Below, piece by piece: positions 12,691 to 27,130 of a stretch of 64,000 nt of DNA (position 1 is its first letter; each line of letters begins with the position of its first letter). Under the pieces are notes generated by a model, which worked only from the letters and a program-made list of their open reading frames with translations, was not told the DNA's origin and searched no databases. The stretch is from Bugula neritina (Eukaryota; Animalia; Bryozoa), in assembly GCA_964035545.1 (NCBI GenBank), contig OZ037767.1:11542581-11606580 (forward strand), read 5' to 3'. Both the position numbers and the translations under genes were made by a program.

Positions 12691-13212
12691 ATACATCAAG
12701 ATTCAACATATGCCACTGAGATATATAGAGAGAGACAGCTTTTGTCAACAAGTAAGTAAAGTGTGACACAATTTAAACAAATTCATGAATGCCAAAATGT
12801 TATACATTAAATTCTTTTTAAAAAATGTACAATATAAACATTGACTTGTGCATGTGAGTAAAGTGTGTGAAACCAACCAGTCTAACAATATCAACATTAG
12901 ATTGTATTGGTTAACTGTAACAGCATTGGCAAATACATTTCACTGGTACAAATAATAACTATCAACATCTATTAGATGTTTCAGATGCCTTTCTATAGAA
13001 TATTTTTTTAGTATTTGTAAAAAAGAAAATATAAAAATTTCATAAAAAAAATTGTGTGGCTGTCAGAAATGTTATAGTAATATTGACTGCTGTCTATAAC
13101 AGTAGCGCTGCCAATAGAAATGTCACAGTAGGTCTTGCAGGACAGTGCAGCTCTAGCAAAGCCCTGAGGGCATTCGAGTAGGAAGTAATAAAATCAAAGG
13201 GCTGTAGAAAGT

Positions 13213-16200
13213 TCATCGATAATTCCTCCTTCTATTTGGAGACCGTTCACGACTCCTAGATCTACGCCTACAAAACCAAAACATACACTTGGTGTAGCCA
13301 GACTAAGCAGATAAGCAGTAAAATATGCAGCCCAAAATACTCGATTCTAACTAATTTTTTTAAGTTTCAAAAGTTTTAACAAAAAGTCAGTCAACTGCAA
13401 GAGATATGTTGATGGCAACAGTATAAGATTCAAAAGACAGGGACTTATCACACAGATGGAGCGTTTCATATTTCAAGCCATTTCAGGCAATATAGAGTCT
13501 GAGTGTTATGTTCTAGAGTAGCACACTGTCTGAAAGCATACGTACCCGAGTGAGTCATTACGTGAAGAGTCCCTATACCGGTCTCGCGACTCCCGAGATG
13601 ATCTGTCTCTGACGTTACTATCACTGTGTCTGTAACCACTTCGGCTAGTTCGGTAGTCGTCTTCCCTATTACCTGCAGATAAAGAGCATTCAATAGACTC
13701 CACACACGCATCACAAGAATGAAGTGACATATGAAACTCATGGAATACTTTATTCAACCTCAAATGCACAACTTAAGATACTCGGAGTAAAACCTATATA
13801 GAATATAAGATGTGAATCCTCAACTTGTTTTTATGAATTAGGCAATACTGCTTAGAACCCAGTCTACAATAGCTTCAAGGGTTCCAAAGCTAGCAAAACA
13901 GTCACATGTTTTTGCCACAAAGCTAACGAATTCTGCAAATATGGAAGTGTTTGTAGTTACCAGAATGATGTTTTCGGCTACTGCGTTGAGGTGATCGTTC
14001 TCGTGACCTTGACCTGCTGGGGGATGAGCTCCGCCTTCGCCTCACATATTCTCTGCGTCTCAATTCCTCTGCCTGACTTCTAATTTCTTCGGCTCTTTCC
14101 TGGAGAAGGTAGTAATATGAAAGAGAGGAACATCATAGGCTAAGCCACGCACCATTTCCAACAATGATGCAGAATGTGCAGGTGTGTAAGGTCGTGTGTG
14201 CAGGTTTGCTAGGTTGTGTGTGCAGGTATGCTAGGTTGTCTGTGCAGGTATGCTAGGTTGTGTGTGCAGGTATACTAGGTTGTGTGTGCAAGCTGACATA
14301 TGAAATACTTGACCACCATGTATAGCCCACACAATTCACAGTCAATATGGCCAAAACAGACAAGAGTTATTGTCATCTATATTGAAAATACTTATGAAAA
14401 AATTTAGTATAACACGACTATATATCTTTATAAATTTATATTAACATTAGGATGGTGCATCAAAATAAAAATACAACACAACAAAAAATACTATGTTACA
14501 GAGCGATAATATACATATTCTAATGGAGTTCTTACCTGTTGCTCTTTTCTAGCCTGGTCTTTCTTTTCTTCTTCCGTCTTTTTATCTGCTCTATCTGTAA
14601 ACACAAACTCATCTGCATACTTTTTATATATAGTCATAGAGTTGTTATTTAGTTCTACGGTTTACAGCCACAGTTATATAGTAATTCTATATAGTTATAC
14701 AGACACAGGTCGTAAGGCGGTGATCAGTAAAACTCGAGGATTACTCACGAGCAAGCAGTTAATGAATTAATTAAATGTTGAGAGGTTTAAGTGGAGCACA
14801 AAGGATATTCCAGTGAGATCCATTTAAAGTTGTCATGAAAATCTACATTTACAAGTATAATATGGCCATTAAGTACTGAGAATATAAACTATTGACAGGA
14901 GGAGTAAGGCTCCTTGTCCCTCCAGTCTGGAGAGGTTACCCTCCCCTCCCTCCCTCCCCCCCCCCCCCACCTCAAGTATACACATAAGTTGCATATCACT
15001 CAGCAAACTGCATCAAAACATACAGGTCTTGTTGATGGCAGATTTCATTCGTCTTTTCATTTTCTCCTGGACAGACAGTTTGTTGCTCTTATTGAACGAG
15101 GAGGACAACTACAAACAGAAGTTGATTACCGTTACTAAACAGCAACTAATACCAGAGCCAGTAACACGCTGAAAGGGAAAACATCCTGCCATACGAGTAT
15201 GAAAATATCTAAAGTTTGGACAAAATATTAGTATAATGTTTAATAGCATAAGTTACTGTCAACTCTTAAAGCAGACGAATAAAAATAAATCAACTGCTCA
15301 AGTGTTTTAAAACGAAATGCTCCCATAGAGTATCATTTTTAGCAATTAAGAAACTAAAAGATTTGAGCATCATGGACTTCAAGTCGGTATTTTTTTTAAA
15401 AATTGAATGTACTGTTTACTCGAGATTTTCTCTCAGGAGTAAATAGTAACTACTGGTTATTTACTAGCTACCAGTTATTTACTAACTACTAGTTATTTAC
15501 TAGCTACTAGCTATTTACTAGCTACTAGTTATTTACTAGCTACTAGTTATTTAGTAGCTACTAGTTATTTACTAGCTACTAGTTATTTAGTAGCTACACA
15601 GCTCCCTCTCAAGCATATCAGCGCCATCACGCAACGTACTGAATGCAACACATAGTAATGTATACTAACAGCAAATTGGATAGAAGTAATATGAATATCT
15701 TACTGACTTTGGTTGCAGAACTTAGATTACTTGAGCCTTTATAGCTCCTGCTTGAAAATCTACAACAGCAAAGTGTGTCAAGTTATGATTACAGCCAACA
15801 CAACAGAACAATCATCATACAGTCATGGAACAAACCTACAGCAATGATATCTAGATGCATAAACTATTAGGATATTGGCTCAAATCACACACTATGAGGG
15901 CAGGCCATCAAGACTGATGTAAAGTGGGCACTGGATCACTACCTAGCTTATAGGGACTGGCCTAAACTCTTAAGCATTGACAGATGAGCTAAACTGAAAA
16001 TTTGAAAATCAAAAGGAATAAATAGCTTCCAAATAATGAGTTCTCACTTGACAAATCATTTCCAGGGACATAACTTGGTTTGAGATTTTAAGCTGTTGGT
16101 AAATCATAACTATTCTAATGCTACAAATCAAGTTTGGTACTTCATAACACACTCTGTCAAAAGACAACAACTTTAACAAAGTGAATAACAATTTGCTGCA

Positions 16201-19200
16201 CATTTCAAGTCAATGCTCTTGGAATGGTTATTGCGTTTTCATTACTAGCTACTACTAACGACTCTTAATGTTTGGTTTACTGACGATTAGACAATGTCTA
16301 TCAAAATGGAGGTTATTTGAAAGTGGAATAGTCTGCTGATCATCTTTCCTGAAACTGCTGCAATATGTAGAAGTAAACACACAACTGGCGAACAGAGCTC
16401 TACAAAAGCTCTCCACACTCTGCATGTATCTCCGCACACCTCACCTAACTTTTAGCTCCTTGGCACAGTGATGAACATACTATGATAGTTACATGTCATT
16501 TAGTATCATACATTTGCCTGGAACGTTGTGCTAAATGCATAGCCCCATCATTAAAAAATATCGTACTTTCCCACAATTTGAAGAAAATGAATAAAAGCTA
16601 TAAAATGTTGAAATATGTTTGTAAAGCTATAGAGTTCTGAGGTATCCAGTAAACATTCTTCCACACAGACACAAAACGTTCACCACAATACTTACTTGAG
16701 TGAATGTTGTTCCTCATCAGAAGAGTCGCCACTACCATCTGATTTCTCCAGACTTTTCCGTCTGTATCTTTTAATAGGAGGAGGAGATAACTGCTTCCTG
16801 TAGACCAAGTTATATATGCATAAAACATAGCCTTTACCATTGAAATATGGAGAGTATGAGTAATGCTTTTATCAACTAGTGTATAGTTTTAATACGATTG
16901 ATCGCCAAAATTGAAAGTTATGATAAGTATCAAACTTGCGCAGCAATATTACTCAGTGTACCAAAGTGATGTCAGTCATTATACATTCACAGATTTAAGA
17001 AAATGTACAGACACAGTATCGCCTGAGTATAGACACAGTATCGCCTGAGTATAGACACAGTATTGTCTGAGTATAGACACAGTATTGTCTGAGTATAGAC
17101 ACATTATTGTCCGAGTATAGACACAGTATTGTCTGAGTATAGACACAGTATTGTCTGAGTATAGACACAGTATTGTCTGAGTATAGACACAGTATTGTCT
17201 GAGTATAGACACAGTATTGTCTGAGTATAGACACAGTATTGTCTGAGTATAGACACAGTATTGTCTGAGTACAGACACAGTGTTGTCTGAGTATAGACAC
17301 AGTATTGTCTGAGTATAGACACAGTATTATCTGAGTATAGACACAGTGTTGTCTGAGTATAGATACAGTGTTGTCTGAGTATAGACACAGTATTGTCTGA
17401 GTATAGACACAGTGTTGTCTGAGTATAGATACAGTGTTGTCTGAGTATAGACACAGTATTGTCTGAGTATAGACACAGTATTGTCTGAGTATAGACACAG
17501 TATTGTCTGAGTATAGATACAGTGTTGTCTGAGTATAGACACAGTATTGTCTGAGTATAGACACAGTATTGTCTGAGTATAGACACAGTATTGTCTGAGT
17601 ATAGACACAGTGTTGTCTGAGTATAGACACAGTATTGTCTGAGTATAGACACAGTATTGTCTGAGTATAGACACAGTATTGTCTGAGTATAGACACAGTA
17701 TTGTCTGAGTATAGATACAGTATTGTCTGAGTATAGACACAGTATTGTCTGAGTATAGACACAGTATTGTCTGAGTATAGACACAGTATTGTCTGAGTAT
17801 AGACACAGTATTGTCTGAGTATAGATAGAGTGTTGTCTGAGTATAGACACAGTATTGTCTGAAAAGAGGTATGTCCAGACACACACTCACCGAGATATTG
17901 ATGAATCGTCTCCCTTACTTTCAGGGAACATCTCCGGAGACCCGGTTCGCATCTGCCGTTGCTTCCTGGAAAAACCAAAATTTGTCACAATTCAGCAGAC
18001 GGCAGGCAAATGTTGAAAACAACAAATAAAGACAAGTTTTGACGAAGTTTTCATCATTTAAAAGAATCACATAAAATGAGCCTTAAATTGTGTTTTATTT
18101 AATTAGAAAATTAGTTTCTTGACTGCATGTGAAGTTCAAAGAGGCAATTTTAGAAAATCACATGCTAATTATAGTTCACGTCAAGCTATGGACAGAACTA
18201 AGACCAGCCCCAAATGGGATTAAGTTGCTAGTAACAGAGGCTATGTTCAGATGACAATGGCTATACTAGTTCACATACCAGGAAGCTGCTGATGAGATTT
18301 TCCCCAGTCTCAAATGAGGTGGCAGAGTGTCATTAGACTGAGGATTGCAGGACTGTTCCTCAGTGTCACCATCACCGAGGTTTGTAATGAACTCTAAAGT
18401 GTCCGCAACAGGACTGGCTGATCGGGAAGAGTCACTGTCTGCATAGGAAGTACCTCTGTGGTAGGAAGGGCTGTCTCTGGAGGTCTGGTCAGGGGGGCAG
18501 TACCTGTAATATATATATAGAGTATATTATATATTATATACATCATATAATGAATTGTATTAATCATACAATATATTATTACATACAGCATAATATATAC
18601 TCAGCATGTAGCACATACTTTGGAGGACTAGCTCCCCGTAGCCTTAGCATAGTCTCCTTATAAAGTCTCCGTTCCTTACGCGACTTCCGACCCTAAAATA
18701 CGAAACATCACGATGTGCCCAACTGTATTCATTAAAGAAGAAATTACTTGATTTACCAATCTTTTACTTATAAACTGAACTGTTTAGCAATCATAACTAT
18801 ACTATGCATACCTACACTTATATAGTCTGCCATACACATTTTATTACAGTTGAATAAATATTAATCTCTCTACAATTCAAGTTGATCTTTTCACATCATT
18901 GTCAGAATGCCATCAATACACAACCAACTCTAACTACACGACAAAAAGTTCCCAATAGCCAACTGGTCTACTCAATGACTCGGAACTCTGAAATTACCAT
19001 ATAAGGGAATATTCAAATAGCCAACTCACAGACATGGCTGCTTTTTCCTGCTCGGCGATCTTGGCTTCACGAAGTTCCTTTTCATCTTCCTTGTCTTTTG
19101 TAAGCTGCTCAGCAAACTCGCCGATGGCCATGCCGTAGGTGATGGCTACGACATCCAGCTGCTGCTTCAGCTCAGCACTCAGCTCATCGATGTCAAACGC

Positions 19201-21546
19201 AATGTCTGCACAAGAACACACGACATTACACAGTTACACAGTATGGGGCTAGCTTTACTAGTGTGATGTCAGAGAGAGAATAACCCAGCATGCAACCTTC
19301 ACATTTGATTAGTGAGTATTTTTGTTACTTGTCTAAAGTAGCTAAAATGATCAGTTAAACTTGGAAAAGTTACAACTGAATATAAGCGCGTTGGGCGTAA
19401 GCGACAGATTTGACTTTAGGACATAGTTTGAATGAATGGAAATTTTATTTATTCATTACCACAGCATAATTTATAGTTGAGATGAGCCAGTAGAAAGGTT
19501 TATAAGAAATAACTTAATAAAAAAGATAGACTTCCTAGTCTACTATAACAAAATTAGAGTGAAAACATTTTGATATTAAACAGGCATTGCCTAATTAAAT
19601 TTCTGACATTTCTAGGGCCAAACTTAGTTTTCTATGTACTAAATAATTATTTTTCAACAGAATAGTCAGATTTCATTATCAAAATTACAGCTTGAAGCAT
19701 TAAAGATTTTACTAGTCACGTCAACATACTCTAATAGGATTCGGAAAGCTATTTTTGAAAACAGTTATGCCAGTTTTATTATTATAACGCGTATAAAACT
19801 AAAATTCCTACTTCACCAGAACATAATATTCAATACAATTCAAACTAAAGAAGCTCATACCAAGATCTACGTCCTCAAAGTCCTCCTCTGCATCTTCGTC
19901 GCTGGAGTCGTCTTTCTTCTTATCTGATACTACTTCTGTATAGTCGTGAGTGTTGTCATAACTGAATGCAATCGCCGCTTTCTTTGATGAAAGAGATCTA
20001 GAACACAATAATGTGGTATAACATGACAGAGCATTCCTAATAATATATCATAATATAGTATTATGTTGTAATAAATTATATTATACCGTTATATATAATC
20101 TTATATCATATAATGTAATGTCATTATTATATTGCATTATATTATATCATATTATAAAGAGTGGAGTTAACCCCTTGATGCCTTTCAAACTACAATAGGT
20201 TCTTACTATTACTTTCTACAGCTGAAAGCAAGCGCAATTATTAATAATTTAGCAGCAATTTATTAAAACTTATGCAAAAAATACGAAAGAATTGAAGCTT
20301 ACTTCTTTTTCTCTTCACTTTCAATGTTTTTTGTGACATCACCAAACTTTTCATCGACTTCAATTTGTCGAAGGGCAGCTTCCTCAGTGATCCTAGCACA
20401 GTCATTCTGGACTATAATTCTGTATCTATCATAGTTACATCTCATGTCATCCTCCACCTCCAACGCATCTGGCCTGTGAAATAATTCAAGTTTGAGACCA
20501 AATACTCCATGAACCATACACATACAAATATTTGCAAACCTGATTGTAGATTATACGCCAATATTGGGCAAGACAGACTCTAAATTAGACGTTAATACAG
20601 GCTTTCTCATTGGCTAAAAGCATTTATTCAGTTTAACATTTCAATTAAGGACTGCTAAAACAAGTTTACATAACATCACACAAATAATTTAATAGTTAAC
20701 CCAATTATTATACTAAGCATTATTATTACAGCTGCTGACAATGCTGATGCTTCTATTACCAATACAACCTGGACCCTTATTTTAATAAATATAGGACATT
20801 AACTAACAATAACTACCATTCAATAACTATTCACTACAATCATCCCTACAGTCACAATAAAATGAAGTTTAAATGGAACTGTTTCTATTCTGATAAAACG
20901 AAGGAGCTTCAAGCACTGATATAGGTTGGAGATGAAAACCTACAGACTAGCCCCTGACTTATAATCTGGTATGTAGTCCATGTGTGCTCTTACATCGAAC
21001 CTATCAATCATGTTGCTCTCATCGTTATTCCATGCCATCCTACAACATGAAAATTATTAGAGCTCATTTAATAGGCTACTATACTACACACGTACACACA
21101 AAAACTAGTATAATAGATGTCATACATATTTCCGCTGTTTACATATGTCAGAAAACAAACTCGTAAATATGCATGTCGTAAACATGTGTCATCTTAGCCA
21201 GAGGAACTTATAAACTCACATGCTACGCGGACCTTCTGCAGCAGCGGCCACACTCGCATCAATGTGAATTTTCATAGAGCTGCCTTGAAGTCGTAGAAAG
21301 CTGCAAGGATCTTTTTTCTGCAAAATCAACAGTAAGAAAGTAGGAAATTGACTTTTTGTAGTGACTAAAGTATGACTATATACCTTACCTATTGTGAACT
21401 AATGCATTACATGTAGCCTATTAGTATAGAAATTGCTCCAGACTTACACATAATTCATAATAGTTACGACGTCGCTCAGCTCTCTTCTTATAATCTACCA
21501 TCAAACATCTGAGTTTTTTCTCTTGCTTGCGTGCTTGATGCCACAT
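13213..21546 (-). CDS. CLASRP: CLK4-associating serine/arginine-rich protein (SFRS16/SWAP2), complete CDS
   Basis: Exons: 21448-21546, 21220-21317, 20944-21039, 20303-20473, 19861-19997, 19030-19205, 18619-18692, 18279-18503, 17891-17965, 16696-16797, 15708-15759, 15024-15108, 14536-14594, 13961-14099, 13546-13672, 13213-13267 (TGA). The N-terminus MWHQARKQEKKLRCLMVDYKKRAERRR...MIDRFDVRAHMDYIPDY is diagnostic; KLSVQEKMKRRMKSAINK and an RS-rich tail follow. Phases are consistent throughout. Confidence 0.93.
14174..14291. repeat. 22-bp minisatellite, about 5.5 copies, in a CLASRP intron
   Basis: Unit GTGTGTGCAGGTATGCTAGGTT; GCAGG at 14178, 14200, 14222, 14244, 14266. Confidence 0.9.
15447..15596. 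repeat. 18-bp minisatellite, about 8 copies, in a CLASRP intron
   Basis: Unit TAGCTACTAGTTATTTAC. Confidence 0.92.
17006..17862. repeat. 22-bp minisatellite, about 39 near-identical copies, in a CLASRP intron
   Basis: Unit GTATAGACACAGTATTGTCTGA. Confidence 0.98.
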
Positions 21547-22044
21547 TTTATACAGCTAAAACTAAAAGTTAACGGCAGTTACAAAAATGTATTAATGAAT
21601 ACTAATAGTAATACTAATACTAATAGTAATACTAATACTAATACTAATAGTTAGTACATCACAACAATTGTCAATTCATTTTCTTCAATAATGATTAAAA
21701 TCAAATAGTGTATTTAAAAGCAACATCACTATGAGTTGACCTCACACAGATTTATGTTGAAAAAACTTAGGATAAAGTTAATATTTATTTTTACTTGGTA
21801 AATACTAAATTAGTAAATAGATAAAATAAAAATAATAATTCATTAATTGTAATTCATTAATTAATATTGACATTGGTACTCAGCCTAAAAACTACAATAT
21901 TATAGTAAATGAATGATTACTAATAATTTAATTAAATGTTGCAATTTTAGACACAAATAATCTTTCAATTATAATTATTCTTTGAAAGAATAACTATAAT
22001 ATTAATTGTAAAAATATTAATGACAACTACATGATACTACTCCA

Positions 22045-22145
22045 GATTTGGCGGATACATTATTATAACGCATGCCCAGTGCGACACATTTCTTGTTTTG
22101 ATAGAGGAAGCAACTCTACTAGACCATCGCTGACAACGCTCATAG
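22045..22145 (-). promoter_or_regulatory. Putative CLASRP promoter / first non-coding exon region
   Basis: CpG-containing patch about 500 nt upstream of the CLASRP ATG. Composition only. Confidence 0.3.
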
Positions 22146-22815
22146 CTTAGTATAAATAACAAAGATAATAATCTTATTTCAATAGTTTGTAAGCAGCAGT
22201 GATAAAATATGATAATACTTTTATTTTTAGAATTTCCTAACACTTTTGATTCTGTACTTTTCAATCATAAAGATTGGCAACAATTAGGCCACTTTTGCTT
22301 AGTTCTGAATTTGTGCTTGTTTTGCATTAGAATTGGATGTTTGTCCAGAGCACTTTCTGAAACTCTTGGAATTAAACGTAGCTGCAAAAATTCTCGACAA
22401 CTACCATGCAAATTGCTGTAAGAGGTGGACAAACTTCTTATAAGCTTTTTGTCCTTTAAATTTTTGTTGGGAATTGGATTTATATCATATTTAGTAGCTA
22501 TAGTTAGTTAGCACTTGGTATCCTTATTATTTTACTTAAGCTAGAGAGCATTCTTGGCTTGGGGGCTTGGGAACATCATGCTCTTAAATTTTAAAAATGT
22601 ATGCATAATTCCCTTTTCATCATTTAAACTTCTCTGCTTCTCTTGCAATCTTTCAAATTACATGTTTTCAAATTACAAGTTTGATATCATAAGCATTCAA
22701 TTGAGTTATTATTTGTTGCTAATAGAGCAAGTATATTCACTTACTGCATGAGTTTGAAAAGTAAGTTTCCTAGTTTCATTGAACACATTGATTTTTAGAA
22801 ATCCAGTAGAGGTAA

Positions 22816-23015
22816 CGGGGGGGGGGGTACAATGGGCCGAATTTTGAACGTTTTGTTCTCATCCTTCTGCTTTTCATGTCCCTTGTTTAATAATCTTTAG
22901 TCTAAATGCTACACCAGTTGCCTATTATAGATATCAGTTTGTTGTTTCTATCTCTTTCACAACCTTCAGAATAACGAAATTTTTATGATGAAAAAACTGG
23001 CCCATTGTGCCCCCG
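22816..23015. mobile_element. MITE-like remnant with inverted repeats
   Basis: GGGGGTACAATGGGCC (22823-22838) and GGCCCATTGTGCCCCCG (22999-23015) are inverted repeats about 160 nt apart. Confidence 0.45.
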
Positions 23016-25249
23016 ATGCTGGACACAACAAATATATTAAAACTTTGCTGATTTGGTTGCATGTGATCTTTATTTATTTAATATACACAAGTAAATAAAA
23101 ATATTCTTTCAGATCTACAACAAAAATCATGTTTTAGCTGTACAGTTGGTACCACCACAGATAGCAGCGAAAAGCAAAATCAAACGCACATCACTCATTT
23201 TTATGGTGCCATTATCATTACCGTTTATAGAACTAAAAATGTTTTTTTTATTTCCACTTTGTAGGAACTTTCATCAGAAAAAACTTTAGTAACATGGGCT
23301 ACGAAATTCTGGGTGGACTTTTTTCTATGAACTGTAGCTAAGGTGGCTGAAGTTTGTGGCTGAAGTGCGGAGGGGGGGAGGGAATGAGCAAATCACAATT
23401 TATTTTAACCAAATACATGTATATGCTGCCAATGATATAATGTACATATAATGAATATCATGACTATCCATTAGTAGCAACAGCAGTGTTTTGTATTATG
23501 TATAAAATGGCAAAGCTATAACCTCACCAGATGTATATATTAGGGCAGCTTAACCTTGTAGTTTGGTAGTCTTACAATGATGTCTTTGATATTTTATAAA
23601 AAGGTCAGAAATGGGTATCTATATAGACATTATTAAAATTTTAACTAATGTTTTGGGCAAATCAAACTAATAACAATGATCAGGGTGCAATGGTCAGGTG
23701 GCCCATTAAGTGCCCGTGTGGTCAAGTTGAAAATAAATGTGGCTCAAGATTATTGTATCTTAGAATGTGCTATTATAACAATTAAGCAATGCAGAGACAA
23801 ACAATGGCAATAATATCAGTAAAAACTAGGCTTGTTACCTTTGCGTGTAAAAAGTTATAAATTAGCTTTAATGACATCTTGAAAAATTTACAAAAGATAG
23901 GTAAAAACATTTTTTGACTCGCCTCTTCAACATGCATGCTTCGCAAGTCTTGAAATTACAATGACTGAATAATTTCCAACTACATTGGAGATAAATTTTG
24001 CTGAAGCTTTTCAAATACTTTTCGTGGTTCCAGTGCCAGATTTTGATACTGTTCTGTTGTCTCTGATCTTTTCATTTACCCAGTCGTTACTGAAATTAGC
24101 TAAATCAGTGACCACAATGTTTCTAAATTTCTATCTTTTCAATTATTACCACACTCCATATCAGACCTTCATATTTCATTATTAGTAATTATATTATTAT
24201 GCTTTCAAAACGTTGACCATAATTACTCACAAGCTAATATATTTATGCATTTATATTTGATGCAAATAAAAACTGAACCAACATTTTGTTAAACATGTAA
24301 GATTATAGAAGTATTTTAAATTTCATACACAGAATTTATATAGCATGCAGGCATGCATAGTAGTATAAAATATTATAATATGTATAAATGTATATATAAA
24401 CTTGTTTTCTATATTATATGAAATTCAAGTATTGCATAAACGAACATACCCTGTAAATTCTTTAACAATTTTTAACACAAATTACGAAACAATAATTTCT
24501 TTGACAGCAGGCTAGTTTTTGCAAAAGTCAGAAGTAAAGAATCTTATTTAGCACGATTTGCTCAATTTTATTCAAAAGAAAACAACTCCTAACTATTTTC
24601 ATATTCTGGACAACACGTATTTTTGGTCACAATTATTCCATGTTAAAAATCGCTCTTCATTATTGCAGTGATTATAGGCTACTCAATATACTATTATTAA
24701 TGTTCTTCGTTTGATTTGATTTAGAAAATACATATCAACTAATAGCATTAAGGCCCGTTTTCAATAAGTTCACGATTCAATCATATAATGTTTTTTTCCT
24801 TTGTTTCTGTAGTAGAGTGGACAACCCCTCAATTCCGCTTTAACTAGTACTGTTTGGATTTGAACCTAATTATCAGCATGCTTTTCCCTTTATTTGCAAC
24901 AAATACATTTCATAGTCTATACAGGGCTACTTGTGCCACAAGATGTATATTGGCTATCTATACTATTGTGTACAACAACTATGGGTATTCTTATTTACAC
25001 CACATATAGGTAACTATATAATATAGTATATACATTATTGTATCTGTTTTTAAATGCTCCATATTGCATTACTTCTAGATACATATTATTGCTACCAGAG
25101 TACATTCATATTTTATTTAGCATATGGCACTAACTGGTGAAATATTACCAGAAAACTCAATGGATGCAGAAAGTACATTGTAAACTAAGATAAAAACTAT
25201 AGTTTGGCACTCGATGAAATGAAAAATTGTCTTAACTTGCAAATTGTTG

Positions 25250-25620
25250 TATTTTCGTCTGCGTGTCTGTATTTTCGTAACTTTTAAAATATGATCATAG
25301 TGTGTTTAAATGGTGTCCACTTAAGCATGCAACTGTTAGATGTTCTAATTTTACAAAACTCAGTTCAAATAACATGTTGAGAAAATTGGTAAGTTTGTAT
25401 CCATTAAAATATTGACATAATATTATTATGATTATTAATGAAGTTCCACGGGTACGTTGGGTGGCGTTGAACAAGTGAAAGGGCAACTCCAAACTTATAA
25501 GACTCCAGGCGTATACTAATAAAATTATAATACGTTATTACTGGATCGGTTATTTCCGTGTTGTGTCCCAGAATGCAGTGCCCAGCCATCTTGACACTGT
25601 AAAGTGTAGGCTTCTCACTA
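25250..25620 (+). promoter_or_regulatory. Putative MRCK promoter region with a YY1-like GCCATCTT motif
   Basis: CpG-rich patch with GCCATCTT at 25585-25592. The ATG-containing MRCK exon starts at a strong acceptor (TTTTTACTCGTAG, ending 30460), which implies an upstream non-coding exon. Confidence 0.35.
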
Positions 25621-25769
25621 AGATCTCAATAGTTATAACAGCCACATACCACTGTGTTATCATTTCTGGTTTAAAATCAGGATTATACTCATATTGCTGT
25701 TTTAAATTGCATTGGTACTAATTTAGTTACTAAATGTCAGCTTTATTACTATATATGTAGAGAAACATA

Positions 25770-27130
25770 GTACTACTACTACTAGTAGTAGTACTAGTAC
25801 TAGTAGTAGACGTAGTAGTTAGTACTACTACTAGTACTAGTACTAGTACTACTAGTAGTACTGTACTAGTACTACTACTGTAAGTCAAAGTGAAAGTGTA
25901 AGTGTAACTGTAAAAGTAAGTGTAAAAATAACTCTAAGACTAAGTAGTCAGTAATCTAGTTCTGCTTCTGCTTCTAGTAGTAGAAACTACTCGGTACTCA
26001 CACCGATACTGATAGTGATGGCGATGCTTGTAATGATAGTCATGGTGATACTGATAGTCCTAGTCTAAGCCATACTATTACTATTGGTACTACTAATAGT
26101 AATACTCACTTACTCTTACAGTGACTCCTAGTCTTACTCTTGGAGTCTTACTGTTGCTAGAATTTGAAATAATTAAATTATCATTTATATATATTATAAA
26201 TATATTTATAATTGAATATTCAAATTGTTATGCTTGAAGTTAATTTAAATCTAATTGGCAAAGCCAATGCAATGCCAATTAATTGCAGTGTGAGTGTCAA
26301 TTGGTATGCCCATTCGGAGCTGACATTCACATTGGACTTGATGAACTGCATTTAGTAGTAGTACTACTACTACTAGTAGTATTAGCACTACTATTACTTG
26401 ACTACTACTAGTACTACTAGTACTACTGCTACGGTCCTACTACTAGGCCTAGTCATTAATCATTAAACTTAACGTTAAAGTAGCCAATTTATATTATAAA
26501 TTATATCTTCGAGTTCATCTTGAAGATCATTGATTATCATAAGGTAATAAAATGGTAATTATAAAATTGGTGTTATTTATTTCTGATTTTAACTTTCACC
26601 GTGGCTCAGGCTGTAGGCTACTGGTTGCAAACTAAAGTTATTTGGTGTTAATTTCTAAAACTAAATGTATTTTATGCTTTTTAGTTTTCCTTTTCTACTA
26701 ATTTTCTTTTATTTTCAAATTGCTCTACTCATTTCACTTTTTCTTTACTTTAACTTTTAATTTTTTGCTCAAGCTCAATATTTAAGCTATCAATGTTATA
26801 CTGATAATCATATTGGTTGACTTTGAGTATTATTATTTTTATAATTGTTATACTTGATCTACCAGCAACTCTTAGATTTAGTATTAGTAGTGGTATTACA
26901 TTTGGTTTTACTATGGCTATTACTAGTATTACTATTAAGTTCAACTAAAGTCTTAACTGCTTTTATCAGTATCATTATCACCGTGATACTGGTAGAAATC
27001 ATATTACTGAATTACTTAATTAAACAGTTGAGCAGGTATAATATGATTTTTCAGTTTTAGGTTGAATTTACTAGTTATAATTATATGTATTGCTAATATT
27101 ATTTATATTATTGGCTTACAGTTATATTTA
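25770..27130. repeat. 3/6-nt periodic cryptic simple-sequence tract
   Basis: Runs such as TAGTACTACTACTAGTAG and GATACTGATAGTGATGGCGATGCT with T at every third base. Similar tracts at 11400-12250, 21590-21660, 53260-54100 and 56740-57300. Confidence 0.75.

Noticed and set aside
14174-14291. CAG/GTATG donor-like motif in a 22-bp array
   Set aside because: It is on the strand antisense to CLASRP and about 75 nt from the nearest junction, so it was not counted as splice-site-derived.
16979-17978. Long minus-strand ORFs (327, 260, 187, 99 aa) with the repeat QTILCLYSDNTVSILRQYCVYT
   Set aside because: They are translations of a stop-free 22-bp minisatellite in all three frames, inside a CLASRP intron whose flanking exons join in phase.
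25770-27130. Period-3 signal suggesting a hidden protein-coding gene
   Set aside because: Frequent stops and phase slips, only short low-complexity Ile/Leu/Val ORFs and no splice-consistent exons; treated as non-coding periodic sequence.
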